DNA of 64,000 nucleotides from Malacoraja senta (Eukaryota): the NCBI GenBank assembly GCA_038087875.1, contig CM075988.1:12960001-13024000 (forward strand), given 5' to 3'. The position numbers and the translations under genes were made by a program. The notes under the pieces were generated by a model. The model saw only the letters and a program-made list of their open reading frames with translations, did no database searches and had not been told where the DNA came from. Below, piece after piece: positions 40,042 to 51,577 of the stretch; position 1 is the stretch's first letter; every line of letters begins with the position of its first letter.

Positions 40042-40275
40042 AAACAAGGAACTGCAGATGCTGGTTTACAAAAGAAGACACAGTGCTGGAGTAACTCAGT
40101 GGATCAGGCGTCATCTCAGGAGAACATGGATGGGCGACGTTTAATGTCGGGACCCTTCTTCAGACTGATTTGCAATCATTTTTAAGAAGGGTCCTGACCC
40201 GAATCATTGCCCACCCATGTTCACCAGAGATGCTGCCTGACCCACAGAGTTACTCCAGCATTTTGTGTCTTCTTC
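40042..40275. mobile_element. Penelope-type fold-back palindrome
   Basis: Arms AAGAAGACACAGTGCTGGAGTAACTC and GAGTTACTCCAGCATTTTGTGTCTTCTT around GACCCTTCTT..AAGAAGGGTC. Confidence 0.7.
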
Positions 40276-40555
40276 TGAAAAATATAACTGATGTATGACA
40301 GGAGGACACACAGAGTTTTGAAATAAGGGCAGCATCATGCTTGATTGCAATATCCTGCCTTGTCAAATAGCCTAATAATAAACATGAGATTATTACCTGT
40401 GGGGATGGATGCTTTCATTCCATGCCATTTTGAATAATCATGCCACGTTTGAACAACAGTTTGCAAATATATCAATCTCTTTGCAAGCTGTTGGAGTGAA
40501 TCCTGTGAGGTTGGATTTGATGGTTCCCTTACAAACCACTGGTGCCGAGAAGTTG

Positions 40556-40825
40556 TGTGTAAGAAGGAACTGCAGATGCTGGTTTAAATCAAAAATAGAC
40601 ACACCAAGCTGGAGTAACTCTGTGGGACAGGCAGCAAGTCTGGAGAGAAGGAATGGGTGACATTTTGGGTCGAGACCCTTCTTCATACTAGTTAGGTTTA
40701 AGGGAAACAAGAGATATAGACGGTGTTGTGGAGAGATAAAGAACAATGAATGAAAGATATGCAAAAAAGTAATGATAAAGGAAACGAGCTATTGTTAGCT
40801 GTTTGTTGGGTGAAAATGAGAAGAA
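40556..40825 (-). mobile_element. Penelope-type 3' fragment
   Basis: Reverse complement of 41490-41780. Confidence 0.65.
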
Positions 40826-41489
40826 TGAGAAAATGTTGTCACTGAAATAGTACAATTGTACTGAGATCCTGTAGATTTCAATTCATGGACTGTAGATTAG
40901 GCAGCAAACGAGAGGGTAAATGGTTTTTTATTACCTTGCTTCCGATCAATATTTAAACTTATTTCTAGGTAACTTTCTGTGTCTGATTCCGTTTTCAATT
41001 TTTAAATCATGTGATTATCTACAATTTTATTATCAACAATTTATTTAATAATTTACATTTTTAAAATTGATTTCAGTTGTAATTGTTACAGAAGTTTATG
41101 CATGTCAGAAACATTCAAGAACAATTAAAATGTTTCATGGCTTTAATGGGGAATAGCTGTTGCTTCACTGATGTTGAAGGATGTTGGAGAATTTTACAGA
41201 GGCGTGGGATGTGCGCCATCCACAAATTGGTTGTCAGCCAGAACTTGCTGAGGCTAAGGGCAGCCGGCTCTCTATACGCAGCCTGGGGAGGTGAGGGGAC
41301 TCCCGGCTAGGTCAAACATGAACCAGTCAGCAATTCACATACAAGCAAATCATATTCACCACTACATGGATCTCAGTACTGTTTGATTTAATTAATAACT
41401 CTTAGTTAACGACTTGAACGATTCTTGGTTAAGGGACAGGGATGTAACTAATAATTCCTTAACATCAACATTCAAAGTCGTCTTCTTGA

Positions 41490-41780
41490 GTCTCGTTGTC
41501 TGTAACTCGTTTTCACCTAGCCCACAACTAACAATGGCCTGTTTCCTTTATCGTCATTACTTTTTAGCATGAATCTTTCATTCATTTGTTCTGTATCTCT
41601 CCACATCACCGTCTATATATCTTGTTTCCCTTTCCCCCGACTCTCAGTCTAAAGAAGGGTCTTGACCCGAAACATCACCTATTCCATTTCTCCAGAGATG
41701 CTGTCCGACCCGATGAGTTACTCCAGCTTTTTGTGTCTATCTTCGGTTTAAAACCAGAATCTGCAGTCCCTTCCTAGACA
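41490..41780 (+). mobile_element. Penelope-type 3' fragment
   Basis: Pyrimidine-rich UTR, then CTAAAGAAGGGTCTTGACCCGAAACATC and the standard tail. Confidence 0.65.
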
Positions 41781-41805
41781 TCCTAAAATTTGTTTCAGTT
41801 ATTTG

Positions 41806-42267
41806 TACAGGTTGTTCTGCTATAGGCGTGATTGTAAATAGCCATGCACTACATAAAATCACGTTATCAGAACAATGGTGTCAATGGGGAAAAAGGAGTT
41901 AGGTGCTAAAATGCTTTGGGCTCACAATATATATATTTTTAATAACAATATGCTTATTTTACACTACAAGTTAAAGATACTAAAGGCTGTATGTTATATT
42001 ATTTAATAGAATATCAGGCACATATGTCAATCGAAGCAACTGCTTTGAAACTGGCAGTCTGTTTTCTTAAGAGACAATGATTCCTGATTACTGTGGGGAG
42101 GTTACATGGAAACAGTTTGTTTTTTCAACACAGACACCATTTTTTCAGATGGTCTTTCTCCAAAGCAGCTCTTGTTTGTCTAGTTCCTGATTAAAATCAT
42201 GTTAAAACCAATTTGATTACGTACAATACATGTTGGAGAAACACACATTATGGCAGAACTATCTGTA
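41806..42267. mobile_element. old Tc1/mariner (Tigger-like) MITE, copy 2
   Basis: TA-CAGGTTGTTCTGCTATA ... TATGGCAGAACTATCTG-TA: imperfect TIRs with TA flanks. Confidence 0.65.
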
Positions 42268-43963
42268 CTATTTCTTGAAATGAAACAATTTGCTACTGTG
42301 AACCAATTGAGCCACTTTTTGTTCCTTAGTAAACAGTTACATTTTCTGCTGTGAAAATGCTTCAGGTATTTATGTACTATTTAAAAGACATTTGGACAGG
42401 TTCATGGATAGGAAATGTTTAGAGGGTTATGGCCCAAATGTGAACTGATGGGACTGGTGCAGATGAGGTCGGTATGGGCAGGTTGGGCTGAGGGGCCTAC
42501 ATCCGTGTTCTATTGCGCTATGTCTCTATGCTTGGGAATTCCATGGATCAATCTGGATAACAGCTTTGATATTCAGAAAGATTTATAAATTGGACAAAGG
42601 CTCTGGCATTTTCATGATAGACAAAGATGGGCCAAATGGCCAACATCTGCCTTGCATCGTACCATGATAAAATAGCAATCAAAGAGGAAATAACACTGCT
42701 TTCTGTCATACTGACAGCATTATATTTGAAGATTATGCCATTGAATATCACAGAGGAAACCAACACATGGTGTAGTAGAAATTTAACTTGGGTGGGAACA
42801 CTTTTCAAATGGAATCAAAATGGAAGAAGGTGTAAATTAGGTTTGTGGGTCTGGGATTATATATATATATTCACCATTTATCCAAAGGACAGCACAGGCA
42901 CTTTGGCAGAGAATCACAGTTCGCAGAGATCAATATAAAAAATCTCAGCAATTCATGTCTGCGATAAGTTCATAGACAAATTAGTTACTTACCAAACACG
43001 GAAAGTACAATTAGCTTTAACAAAATAAAGATTTTCGCACCGCTGAGAATAATTTATTCTCTTCAAAAAATGTAACTAATTGCTCTAATTCAGTATGGAG
43101 TGTTTGTAAACCTTCAATGTGTAATCAGTCACTGCAAATCTTTTATTTAGCAGTATAGGATTAAGCCAGCACAAATGTTTTAATTTGTGACAGTAACCCT
43201 TCACATTTGAATGAATATATAAATTAAAAGTCAATTTTTAGATGGAAATTGGACCAATAATACATTCGCTTCACTTATGAGGTTGGCTCACATGATTCAT
43301 TTGTGACTTTGCAATGAATATTGCATCACCTTTGTTCCCATGCCTTAATTAACTCTGTGGGCATTATTAATGGTTCCATTGCTCGGAATCTGATTTAAAT
43401 TTAAAATGATGTTTAATTTTAGCAAATTATTAACGTGTGTTTTGGATGCCACGTTGCAAAAGCAATTAATAAATCACGCTGATTTTTGAAAAACAAAATA
43501 GAAAACTGATAATATCCATGGTATGCAAGACATGCTAATCTATAAGGACAATAATTAACTAAACATCATAAACACAGCTGTCATCATTTTTTTGGACTTG
43601 TTGAGTTAATTCTAAAACTGAAAAGGGAAGGGGTATTTACTGAAGTCATGTGATGAAGTAAGGACTGAACAGTGTTTCAGCAAATGTTGTTCCAGCAATG
43701 CAGGTTAGAACATACATAGAACAGTGCAGCACAGGAACAGGTCCTTCAGTCCACAATGTTTGTGTTGATCATGACGCTGTTAGACTGATCTCATCTACCC
43801 GTACATGATCCATATCCCTCTATTTCCTGTACTTCCATGTTCCCATCTAAAGCCTCTTAAATGCTATTATCTTATCTGCCTCCACCATCACTCCTAACAG
43901 TGGGCTCCAGACCTTGTATTCTGCATGATTCTATAACTAGTAGGCTTGGGGTTACTTAAACTA

Positions 43964-44285
43964 TGGTGGCACAGTGGTGCAGCAGTAGAGTTGCTGCCTT
44001 ACAGCGCTAGAGACCCAGGTTTGATCCTGACTATGGGTGCCGCCTCTATGGAATTTGTTCACCCTGTGACTGTGTGGTTTTTCTTCGGGTGCTCAGGTTT
44101 CTTCCCACATTCCAAAGACATACAGGTTTGTAGGTTAATTGACTTCTTTAAATTGTCCCTGGTGTGTCGGACAGAACTAGTGTACTGGTGATTATTAGTT
44201 GGCATGGACCTGTTGGGCCAAAGGGCCTGTTTCCTCGCTGTATCTCTAAACTAAACTAAACTAAACTAAACTAACCTAACCTAAA
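43964..44285 (+). mobile_element. V-SINE (HE1-like)
   Basis: tRNA-like head, V-domain, (CTAAA)n tail. Confidence 0.82.
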
Positions 44286-45088
44286 ACACAAGGAGCTGGA
44301 TGAACCTAATGTGTCAGGCAGAGCCATTAAGTTCCTCCAGAACTTGGTGTTTTGCTCATCCTTCCAGCATTTGCAGTTTCTTGTGAATCTATAACTAGTT
44401 TGGTTGCTTTGCCGAATGATGTCTTCATTTGATTTTCATTTAGTCAGATCACCAAAATGTATCATAATCTTTTCATTGCATTTAGTTCGTAATAAGACTG
44501 TATTTCAATGGACGAAAGCACAGGGGACCATTTTCAGAAGAGATCTGAAATGGAAAGGCCACGTAACTAATTTCTGGCACAAATTGCCCCTGTGATGCAT
44601 TGCACACAATTCTGTGTTTGCCAGCAGTCCGTGAGGGATTTAAGTAACCTTTGCATTGTTCCCAGTTGGGAGCCGGATAATGTACTAAATCCCCCTCAGT
44701 TCAGTTCCTCACAAATCGTGGAAACAATCATAGTATGGCAAATCCCTTGGGATATTCAAAATCTGTTCAAAAGGATGAAAAATATTGATTTCAAAGTAGG
44801 AAATGAAATTTAATTTTCTGATTTTGCTTTATCTGCTGCAGAATCAAAACTAGGGCTGAAAATTAAGGAATTTTAATCGGACTTGCTATATAAATGTCCT
44901 CAAACTGTACGGTCCAGCTTCTGGTGTGTTATCGCACATCATTCAGCTTCTGATCTATGCAACCTGTCCCTCTTAAACCCGGTTCATATCCTTCAGGTCC
45001 CAGTATCATGGCCTCAGTTGCTTCTCTCCTAACTCTCAATGCTCAGTCAACATGTTTCAACACAACAGTCCATGAATGATGAAAGAAG

Positions 45089-45396
45089 GGCGCAGCGGTG
45101 GAGTTGCTGCCTCACACGCCAGTGACTCAGGTTCGATCCTGACTACAGGTGCTGTCTGTGTGCAGTTTGTCAATTCTCCCTGTGATCGTGTGGTTTTTTT
45201 CCCGTGATGCTACAGTTTCCTCCCACGCTCCAAAGACATACAGGTTTGCAGGTTAATTGGCCTTTGTAAATTTCCTCTACTGTGTACGAGGTGAAAGTGG
45301 GATGAAGTGGAACTAGTGTGCGGGTTATCAATAGTCCCCATGGACTCTGTGGGCCGATGGGCCCGTTTCCGCCCTGTATCTCTAAAACTAAAACTA
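45089..45396 (+). mobile_element. V-SINE (HE1-like)
   Basis: GGCGCAGCGG..GGTTCGATCC head, CTAAAA tail. Confidence 0.8.
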
Positions 45397-45604
45397 AGAG
45401 AACATACTGTAAGTGCCATAACTGTGAGCCTGAAGTTTAATAAAAGAGTTGTAATGAATCAGTGGCCTGATCCCTATTTACAGACACAATGGCGGCACAA
45501 TGGTGCAGTTAAAACAGATGCTGCTTCACAGCAACTAAAACATCTTGGTTGAATAACTTGCCATTTGTCTTATTCGCTGATTTTATTTTCTTGTTTGTTA
45601 ACAG

Positions 45605-45798
45605 AAACTGACTGCTTCCTCATTGACTGAAGACCAAGGTGCCAGCTTGGAATCCTTAGTCTGTGAATTCAATGCTGAAGAAATTAAAACCTTGAATAAA
45701 ACTGTCTTCCTTGCACTAATTCCTCAACTCCGTGAATGTGGGTGGTTCACTGACGAGCAACGAAAAGCTCTCCGAGAAACGATCATGTTAGCCTTTCC
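45605..45798 (+). CDS. otoancorin-like exon KLTASSLTEDQGASLESLVCEFNAEEI...LRECGWFTDEQRKALRETIMLAFP
   Basis: Acceptor TTGTAACAG, donor CC|GTAAGC, phase 0 to 2. Confidence 0.92.
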
Positions 45799-45909
45799 GT
45801 AAGCAAAATTAGTTTTTTAGTTTGTTAAGATATTGTTAGAGTTTGCCAAGCTATTTGTTTGTGATCACTTTGAGTGTGATCCCAATATACTATTATTTTT
45901 TAAATCAAG

Positions 45910-46003
45910 GTCTCTCTCAACCTGGACAGTGGATGAATTGATTCTCTTGGATGTCTTGCTGACGGTTCTAACACGCGATGATTTTAAATCAATCCCCAAT
46001 AAT
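45910..46003 (+). CDS. otoancorin-like exon SLSTWTVDELILLDVLLTVLTRDDFKSIPNN
   Basis: Acceptor ATCAAG, donor AAT|GTGAGT, phase 2 to 0. The upstream intron is 111 bp. Confidence 0.88.
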
Positions 46004-46126
46004 GTGAGTAGGCTCTACTACTGGCCGCACCATTATTAAATTACACCTAAAATCTGTATGATACATATAGCCACATGTATTGAGTGCAAAAATCTTAAGT
46101 GTCAAACAAGCTCTTAGAAGTTCGCA

Positions 46127-46443
46127 GGGGTAGCATGGTGGTGCAGCGGTAGAGTTGCTGCCTTACAGCATCAGAGACCCGGGTTCGATCCCGACTACGG
46201 GTGCTTGTCTGTGCGGAGTTTGTATATTCTCCCCGTGACCTGCGTGGGTTTTACTCCGAAATCTTCGGTTTCCTCCCACACTGCAAAGATGTACAGATTT
46301 GTGAGTTAATTGGCTTGGTATAATTATAAATTGTCCCTGGTGTGTGTAGGAGAGTGTTAGTGTGCAGGGATTGGTGTCGGCGCGAACTCAGTGGGCCAAA
46401 GGGCCTGTCTCCACACTGTATCGCGAAGCTAAACTAAACTAAA
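46127..46443 (+). mobile_element. V-SINE (HE1-like)
   Basis: GGTGCAGCGG A-box, GGTTCGATCCC B-box, CTAAA tail. Confidence 0.85.
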
Positions 46444-46668
46444 GTGTGAAAAGCCAAATGTGATTACAGCTCTAGATTGTTGAATCTCCAAGAATGGGTT
46501 TGAGAGGGAAAGATAGATCAGCCATGATTGAATGGTGGAGTAGACTTCAGGAGTCAAGAGTGTTTTATTGTCATATGTCCCAGATAGGACAATGAAATTC
46601 TTACTTGCTGCAGCACAACAGAATATGCAAACATAACGGGAGAAGAAAAAAAAGAGGTGTGTGTGTGT

Positions 46669-47505
46669 GTGGCGGCACTGTTGCACAGCAGCGGCTCGCC
46701 TGCAGTCCGGCTGTTTTTACTTTTTTTGTTGTTTTCTTTTGTCCTGTTTTAGTTACATTTTAGTTTATTGGGTTGTGTATGTGTGGGGTGGGGGGGTGAA
46801 ACATGATTTTTGTCTCTTCCTTCGGGGGAATGCGACTTTTTCTTGTCGTATCCCCCTTCTCTGCCTCTGTCTGCGCCGAGGCCTAATGGCGGAGCTGCCG
46901 GCCTCCAACTCCAACTGCGACCGACCGACCTCGAGGCTCCGGAGGCAGAGCCAGGACTTGCCAGTGCGGGGCTGGCTGGCTTCGGGGCTGCGGTGGCGTT
47001 CCGGCGGTGGCGACCGAGGACGCTGGTGGCGACCTGAATCCGGAGGCTCGGCCGCGGGCCCGGTGGACGACATCGTCGGGAGCTCGCAGGTCACAGGTGG
47101 GTGACCTATTTTTCTGGAGCTCCCGCAACTACAGCTGCGTCCGCTGGACTGGAGGGCGGCAGCTTCGGCAGCTTCGGCCACCCCGGGCCGCGGAGTTTGA
47201 ACCGGCCCGTCACGGAGCTCGGATTCAGCCGCGGGATTGACTTACCATCACCCGGCGAGGTCACAATATCAGAAGCCTGGATCGCCTCAGCGCAGAGGAA
47301 GAACAAAGCGGGAAGAGACAGAGACTTTAAGACTTTTGCCTCCATCACAGTGAGGAGGTGCCTGGTGAACTCACTGCGGTGGATGTTAATTTGTGTTTAT
47401 TGTGTGTTTTGTTATTTATTATTATATGTATGACTGCAGGCGACGAAATTTCGTTCAGACCGAAAGGTCTGAATGACAAATAAAGGAATCTCTAATCTCT
47501 CTAAT
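46669..47505 (+). mobile_element. ~830-bp bipartite non-autonomous retroelement, copy 2, inside an antisense Rex1-type 3' fragment (46548-~47580)
   Basis: GTGGCGGCACTGTTG ... TTCAGACCGAAAGGTCTGAATGACAAATAAAGGAATCTCTAATCTCTCTAAT. Homologous to the reverse complement of 1714-2545. Confidence 0.85.
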
Positions 47506-48049
47506 GCACACATACTCAATAAATAACAAATATAGAGCAATAATAATAATAGTCTGTTGCAGTTCAGAGCTTATTTGTTGGGCAGAATGTCCTAAATCTG
47601 CTCCTAGAACTTATTAACCGATTCCGCCTTGGCCTGGGCGACATCCATGTCACCAGGGAGAAGAACAAAAGAAGAAAGAAAACAGAGAGCAAACCATTAA
47701 AAATCAGAGCACAAAAAAAACCCAATAGCTTGTTCAAACACATACCAAACGTACAGGTGAGAAGGGCATCGTGGTCTCACACATCGTAAAGGTACCTTTC
47801 ATTGACAAAGAATCAGGAAATGATCTGCAGTTTTGTAATAAAGGTTCTGACATTTCCAGAAAATATAAGAGAGCGTAATTATTTTATGAAAGGATGCATG
47901 AGATAGCATCATCGAGTTTCCTCCTCGACTCGTGTGTGGAATCATTGTTGCTGCAATGGTTCCCTTGCTCTTCTCAACATTGTTTTATTTTGTTTGTTTC
48001 TTACTTGCTAAAATTAGTGCAGCATTTTCAATATAATCTAACCAATGTC

Positions 48050-48315
48050 CAACATGGCGGTTGGAAGGGAGAGTGTACGCTGGCGCGGTTTGGCTGCCGC
48101 TGCTCTCCCTTCATGTTGTGTTTTCTGAATTTTGTTGTCTTTTTTGGATCAAATTTCTGTTGTTAATTTATGTATTGGTGATGTCTTTATAACTTATTTT
48201 ACTCTGATTATATGTTTATATGTTTATATGTTTCTTAAATTGTAAGGTGTCCTAGAGACCTCGGTATTAGGCGCCCTTAAAATAAAATCTATTATTATTA
48301 TTATTATTATTATTT
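48050..48315 (+). mobile_element. short non-autonomous retroelement with (TAT)n tail
   Basis: Starts CAACATGGCGG and ends TGTAAGGTGTCC..AGGCGCCCTTAAAATAAAATC(TAT)n. Confidence 0.55.
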
Positions 48316-48365
48316 TGTAAAGGTTACACATTACATGGACATTTTTATAATTGATTGAAATGTAC

Positions 48366-48640
48366 AGCATGGATACAGCCCCTTTGGCCCACTGAGTGCA
48401 CGTTCACCATCGATCCATCTACAGTATGTTATCCCACTTATGCATCCACTTCCTGTACATTTGAGACCATTTACGGAGGCCATTTAACCTACTAACCTGC
48501 ATATCTTTGGAATGGGAGGAAACCAGGGCACCTGGAGGAAACCCACGCAGTCACAGGGAAAACATACAATCTCCACACAGACAGCACCTGAGGTCAGGAT
48601 GGATCTGGGTATCTGATGCTGTCGGGTATCAGCTTCACCA
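48366..48640 (-). mobile_element. decayed V-SINE
   Basis: Antisense V-domain GGAAACCCACGCAGTCACAGGGAAAACATACAATCTCCACACAGACAGCACC. Confidence 0.7.
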
Positions 48641-48810
48641 GCATTCTCCATGAATATCTTCCAGGTTGTATCTATTTTCTGATTGATGTCCAGTCATTGC
48701 ATTCACATGATTGTAATATTTTTGTAGTATATAATATTTTGAGGTGTAGTCATATATCAATTATTTATTGGAATATGCATTTTAATTGTAATTGTTTGCA
48801 TTTTCCTAAG

Positions 48811-48955
48811 GATGACATCAAAATAGCTCTTGAGCAAATCCTTTCTTCTCACAAGCCTGGCCTTCATAAATCACGCAACTTCTCTTCACTTTATTGGAAG
48901 TTCTTCTATATCCTGACCAAGAAGACAGCGTCCAACCGGAAAAAACGGGCATCAG
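48811..48955 (+). CDS. otoancorin-like exon DDIKIALEQILSSHK...KKTASNRKKRAS(D), containing a furin site
   Basis: Acceptor TTTTCCTAAG, donor CAG|GTGTGT, phase 0 to 1. Confidence 0.85.
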
Positions 48956-49895
48956 GTGTGTATCACGTTGTTAGCAGAAACTTAATGCAGAAGGACAGCA
49001 AGGAAGCATCAGTTTAGTTTTAGTTTAGTTTAGAGATACAGCACGGAAACAAGATTTTTGGTCCGTGACGACCAGCTCGGGGAAACTCTTTTATCCAGGC
49101 AGCATTCTGGTGAACCTTTTCTGCACTCTCTCCAAAGCCTCTACACTTTTCCTGTAATGGGGCGACCAGGAATGCATGCAATACTCCAATTGCGGCCTAA
49201 TTAAAGTTCTGTAGAGATCAACTCCTAGATTTGTTTCTATTTCCCAGTCTCTGTTGATACTGCGCGTTAAGAAGCCCCAGTATATAAATTAGAACCAGAG
49301 TCACTGCAGTGTTTGTGCAACTCACTGAAGAACGTTCCAATCACTAAATCCTTTGGAGAGGAAATCCACCACCCTTATTACCTGGCTTACACATGGCTTC
49401 AGCCACCAATTAAAGATGGCCAATAAAAGCTGGCCTTTCTATCAACATGGAGGCCCCACATTGATGCCTATACAGATATTTAGGGGGGGGGGGGGGGGAG
49501 AGACATTCTCTCCCTTTGAATATACTTATCAAATCTCTTAAGAGTCTCTCTTACATTAGCTTCCAAGGATATCGTGTGTTATTTTTGCTCTCCTGACCTA
49601 CGCATTATATGGATGCAAAGGCAGATTAGGGTTCTATTTTGTGGTACTATATGCATTGCCAAACAAGCCTAAATTTGAGAAATAAACCATAACAAACCAC
49701 CTCTACAATGCCTTGAGAATTTGCCTTGTACCTGACTTCTGATGAAGCTGATGGTTAGATCCTGGGTCAACGTGGCTGAGATCCTGCTTTACATTTTCAA
49801 GAATTGAGAATTTGGTATCTGATATTTCCAGAAAAAATAATCCTGAAAGCTTGGTTACTGCCTTCTTTCTCTAACTGTATTTATTTGACTTCCAG

Positions 49896-50077
49896 ACTGT
49901 ACAGTGACCCCAACCTTAATGCAAATTGAAGCTCTCCGTGAAGCAAACAATATGTGGACTGTGGAGCAGTTGGGTTGCATTTCAGTTGAAGACTTTATAA
50001 ATTCTCTAGACACACTGACTGAGGTCACAAGCTTCAGCACTGGACAGCTGAATGCTTTAAAAGCAAAAGCCATGCAG
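49896..50077 (+). CDS. otoancorin-like exon CTVTPTLMQIEALREANNMWTVEQLGCISVEDF...QLNALKAKAMQ
   Basis: Acceptor CTTCCAG, donor CAG|GTGAGT, phase 1 to 0. Strongly resembles otoancorin EANACW..LKEKAIQ. Confidence 0.93.
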
Positions 50078-50164
50078 GTGAGTAATTGGATAATCCTCAG
50101 GTGAAGGCATGACCTGGTTGTATCTACACAATATTTGTGAAGATATTTGGAAGGCCTTGGCCAC

Positions 50165-50500
50165 ATAGTCATACAGTGTGGAAACAAGCCCTTCTGCCTA
50201 ACTCTTCCATGCTGACCAAGATGTCCCATCTACCTTCATTCCACCTGCTTGCTTTTGGCTCATATCCCTCTAAACATTTCCCAGCCATTTACTTGTTCAA
50301 TTGTTTTCTAAATGTTGTTATAGTACCTGCCTCAATTACCTCCTCTGGCAGCTCCTTCACCCTCTGTGTGGAAAAAGCTGCACCGTAGCTTCCTATTAAA
50401 TCTTTCCCCTCTCACGTTAAACCTATGTCCTCTGGTTCTCGAGCCCTCCACTGAGAAAAAGATTCTATGCAGTCACCCCGTCAATTCCCCTCATGGTTTT
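50165..50500 (-). mobile_element. CR1 3' fragment
   Basis: Antisense CR1 tail (ATAGTCATACAG..CATATCCCTCTAAAC..CTATTAAATCTTTCCCCTCTCAC). A similar copy lies at 26425-26645. Confidence 0.7.
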
Positions 50501-50636
50501 AACCAACTGTACAATTACATGACTTGTTACGCCACATCTCTGTCAATGTGGGTTTTAATGAAGTTGAAGGCCACCTTGTGGAAATGATAGTCTTTTCATC
50601 AATGGTGCCAACAGTGAGAGAAAACAGACACATTAA

Positions 50637-51577
50637 CTCACTATCACACACATAGACCTCGTGTCCCCTTTTAAAAAAATTATCATCTTCATGCATGGCT
50701 TAGTGTCATCTTTGAACACCAGATCTTCCCCACAATTCATTTCATCATCATTGAAAACATTAGCAATGCAGTGGTGCTGGTTTCCAACGGATGCACCACA
50801 CATCTCTGTCCCCCATGCAGCTGGCAAGCTCCTCTTTTGTCTCTACACATGCATCTTCCATCAACGTCTTCAGCATCATCTTGATTGGCCGTCCCAGGTC
50901 ACGTCTTCTATGGGTGGGTTCCCACAGCACGACCTTGTTGCTGGCATTTCTGGGTGGTGAACAGTGGGCCTCATCCTTCTCAACCTGATCTTCTCAGTCA
51001 GAGGTGGATTCTCCCCATAGAGCAGGGCGTTGGTGATGTGGTCCCTCCAACTGACATTTTGAGCTTCTCTGGGTGTCGGTACCATCGAGAGACTTGGACA
51101 GTGCTCGAGTGAGTGTCCACGCCTCACACCCGTACAATAATATGGTCTCTACAGTTGCATGGAAGAATCTCAGTTTGAGAGCCTTAGACATTCCGAGACA
51201 TCCAGATTTTCCCCATGTTATTGAGGTCTTTCCATGCGAGTGCTTTCCGGACCTTGATGTAATTCTCCGAGCTGTGCATCCTCGCTCCTAGGTACTTGAA
51301 GTCCTCCACTTTCTTGAGAGATGCACCGCCACTGGTCTGGAGAGGCTCACGGTCACCAACGTTAAACACCATGTACTCCGTCTTCTTGCCATTGAGGTGG
51401 AGCACCACTTTCTCGCACTCCGTCTCGACCCTGCCGAGCAGCTCCTGTGTCTCCCTAATCTAGTCTGACAGCAGGACGATGTCATCAGCGAAGTTGAGTT
51501 CTGACAATGTGACTGGTCCGATTCTTCTCGAACGCCTTGGGGTGATTGTAAAGCCGAGGTCCTCATGTTCCTTGAGT
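50637..51577 (-). mobile_element. RTE-clade LINE 3' fragment (frameshifted)
   Basis: Minus-strand frames encode LNFADDIVLL, KKTEYM, VEDFKYLG and VETILLYGCEAWTLT. Confidence 0.85.
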
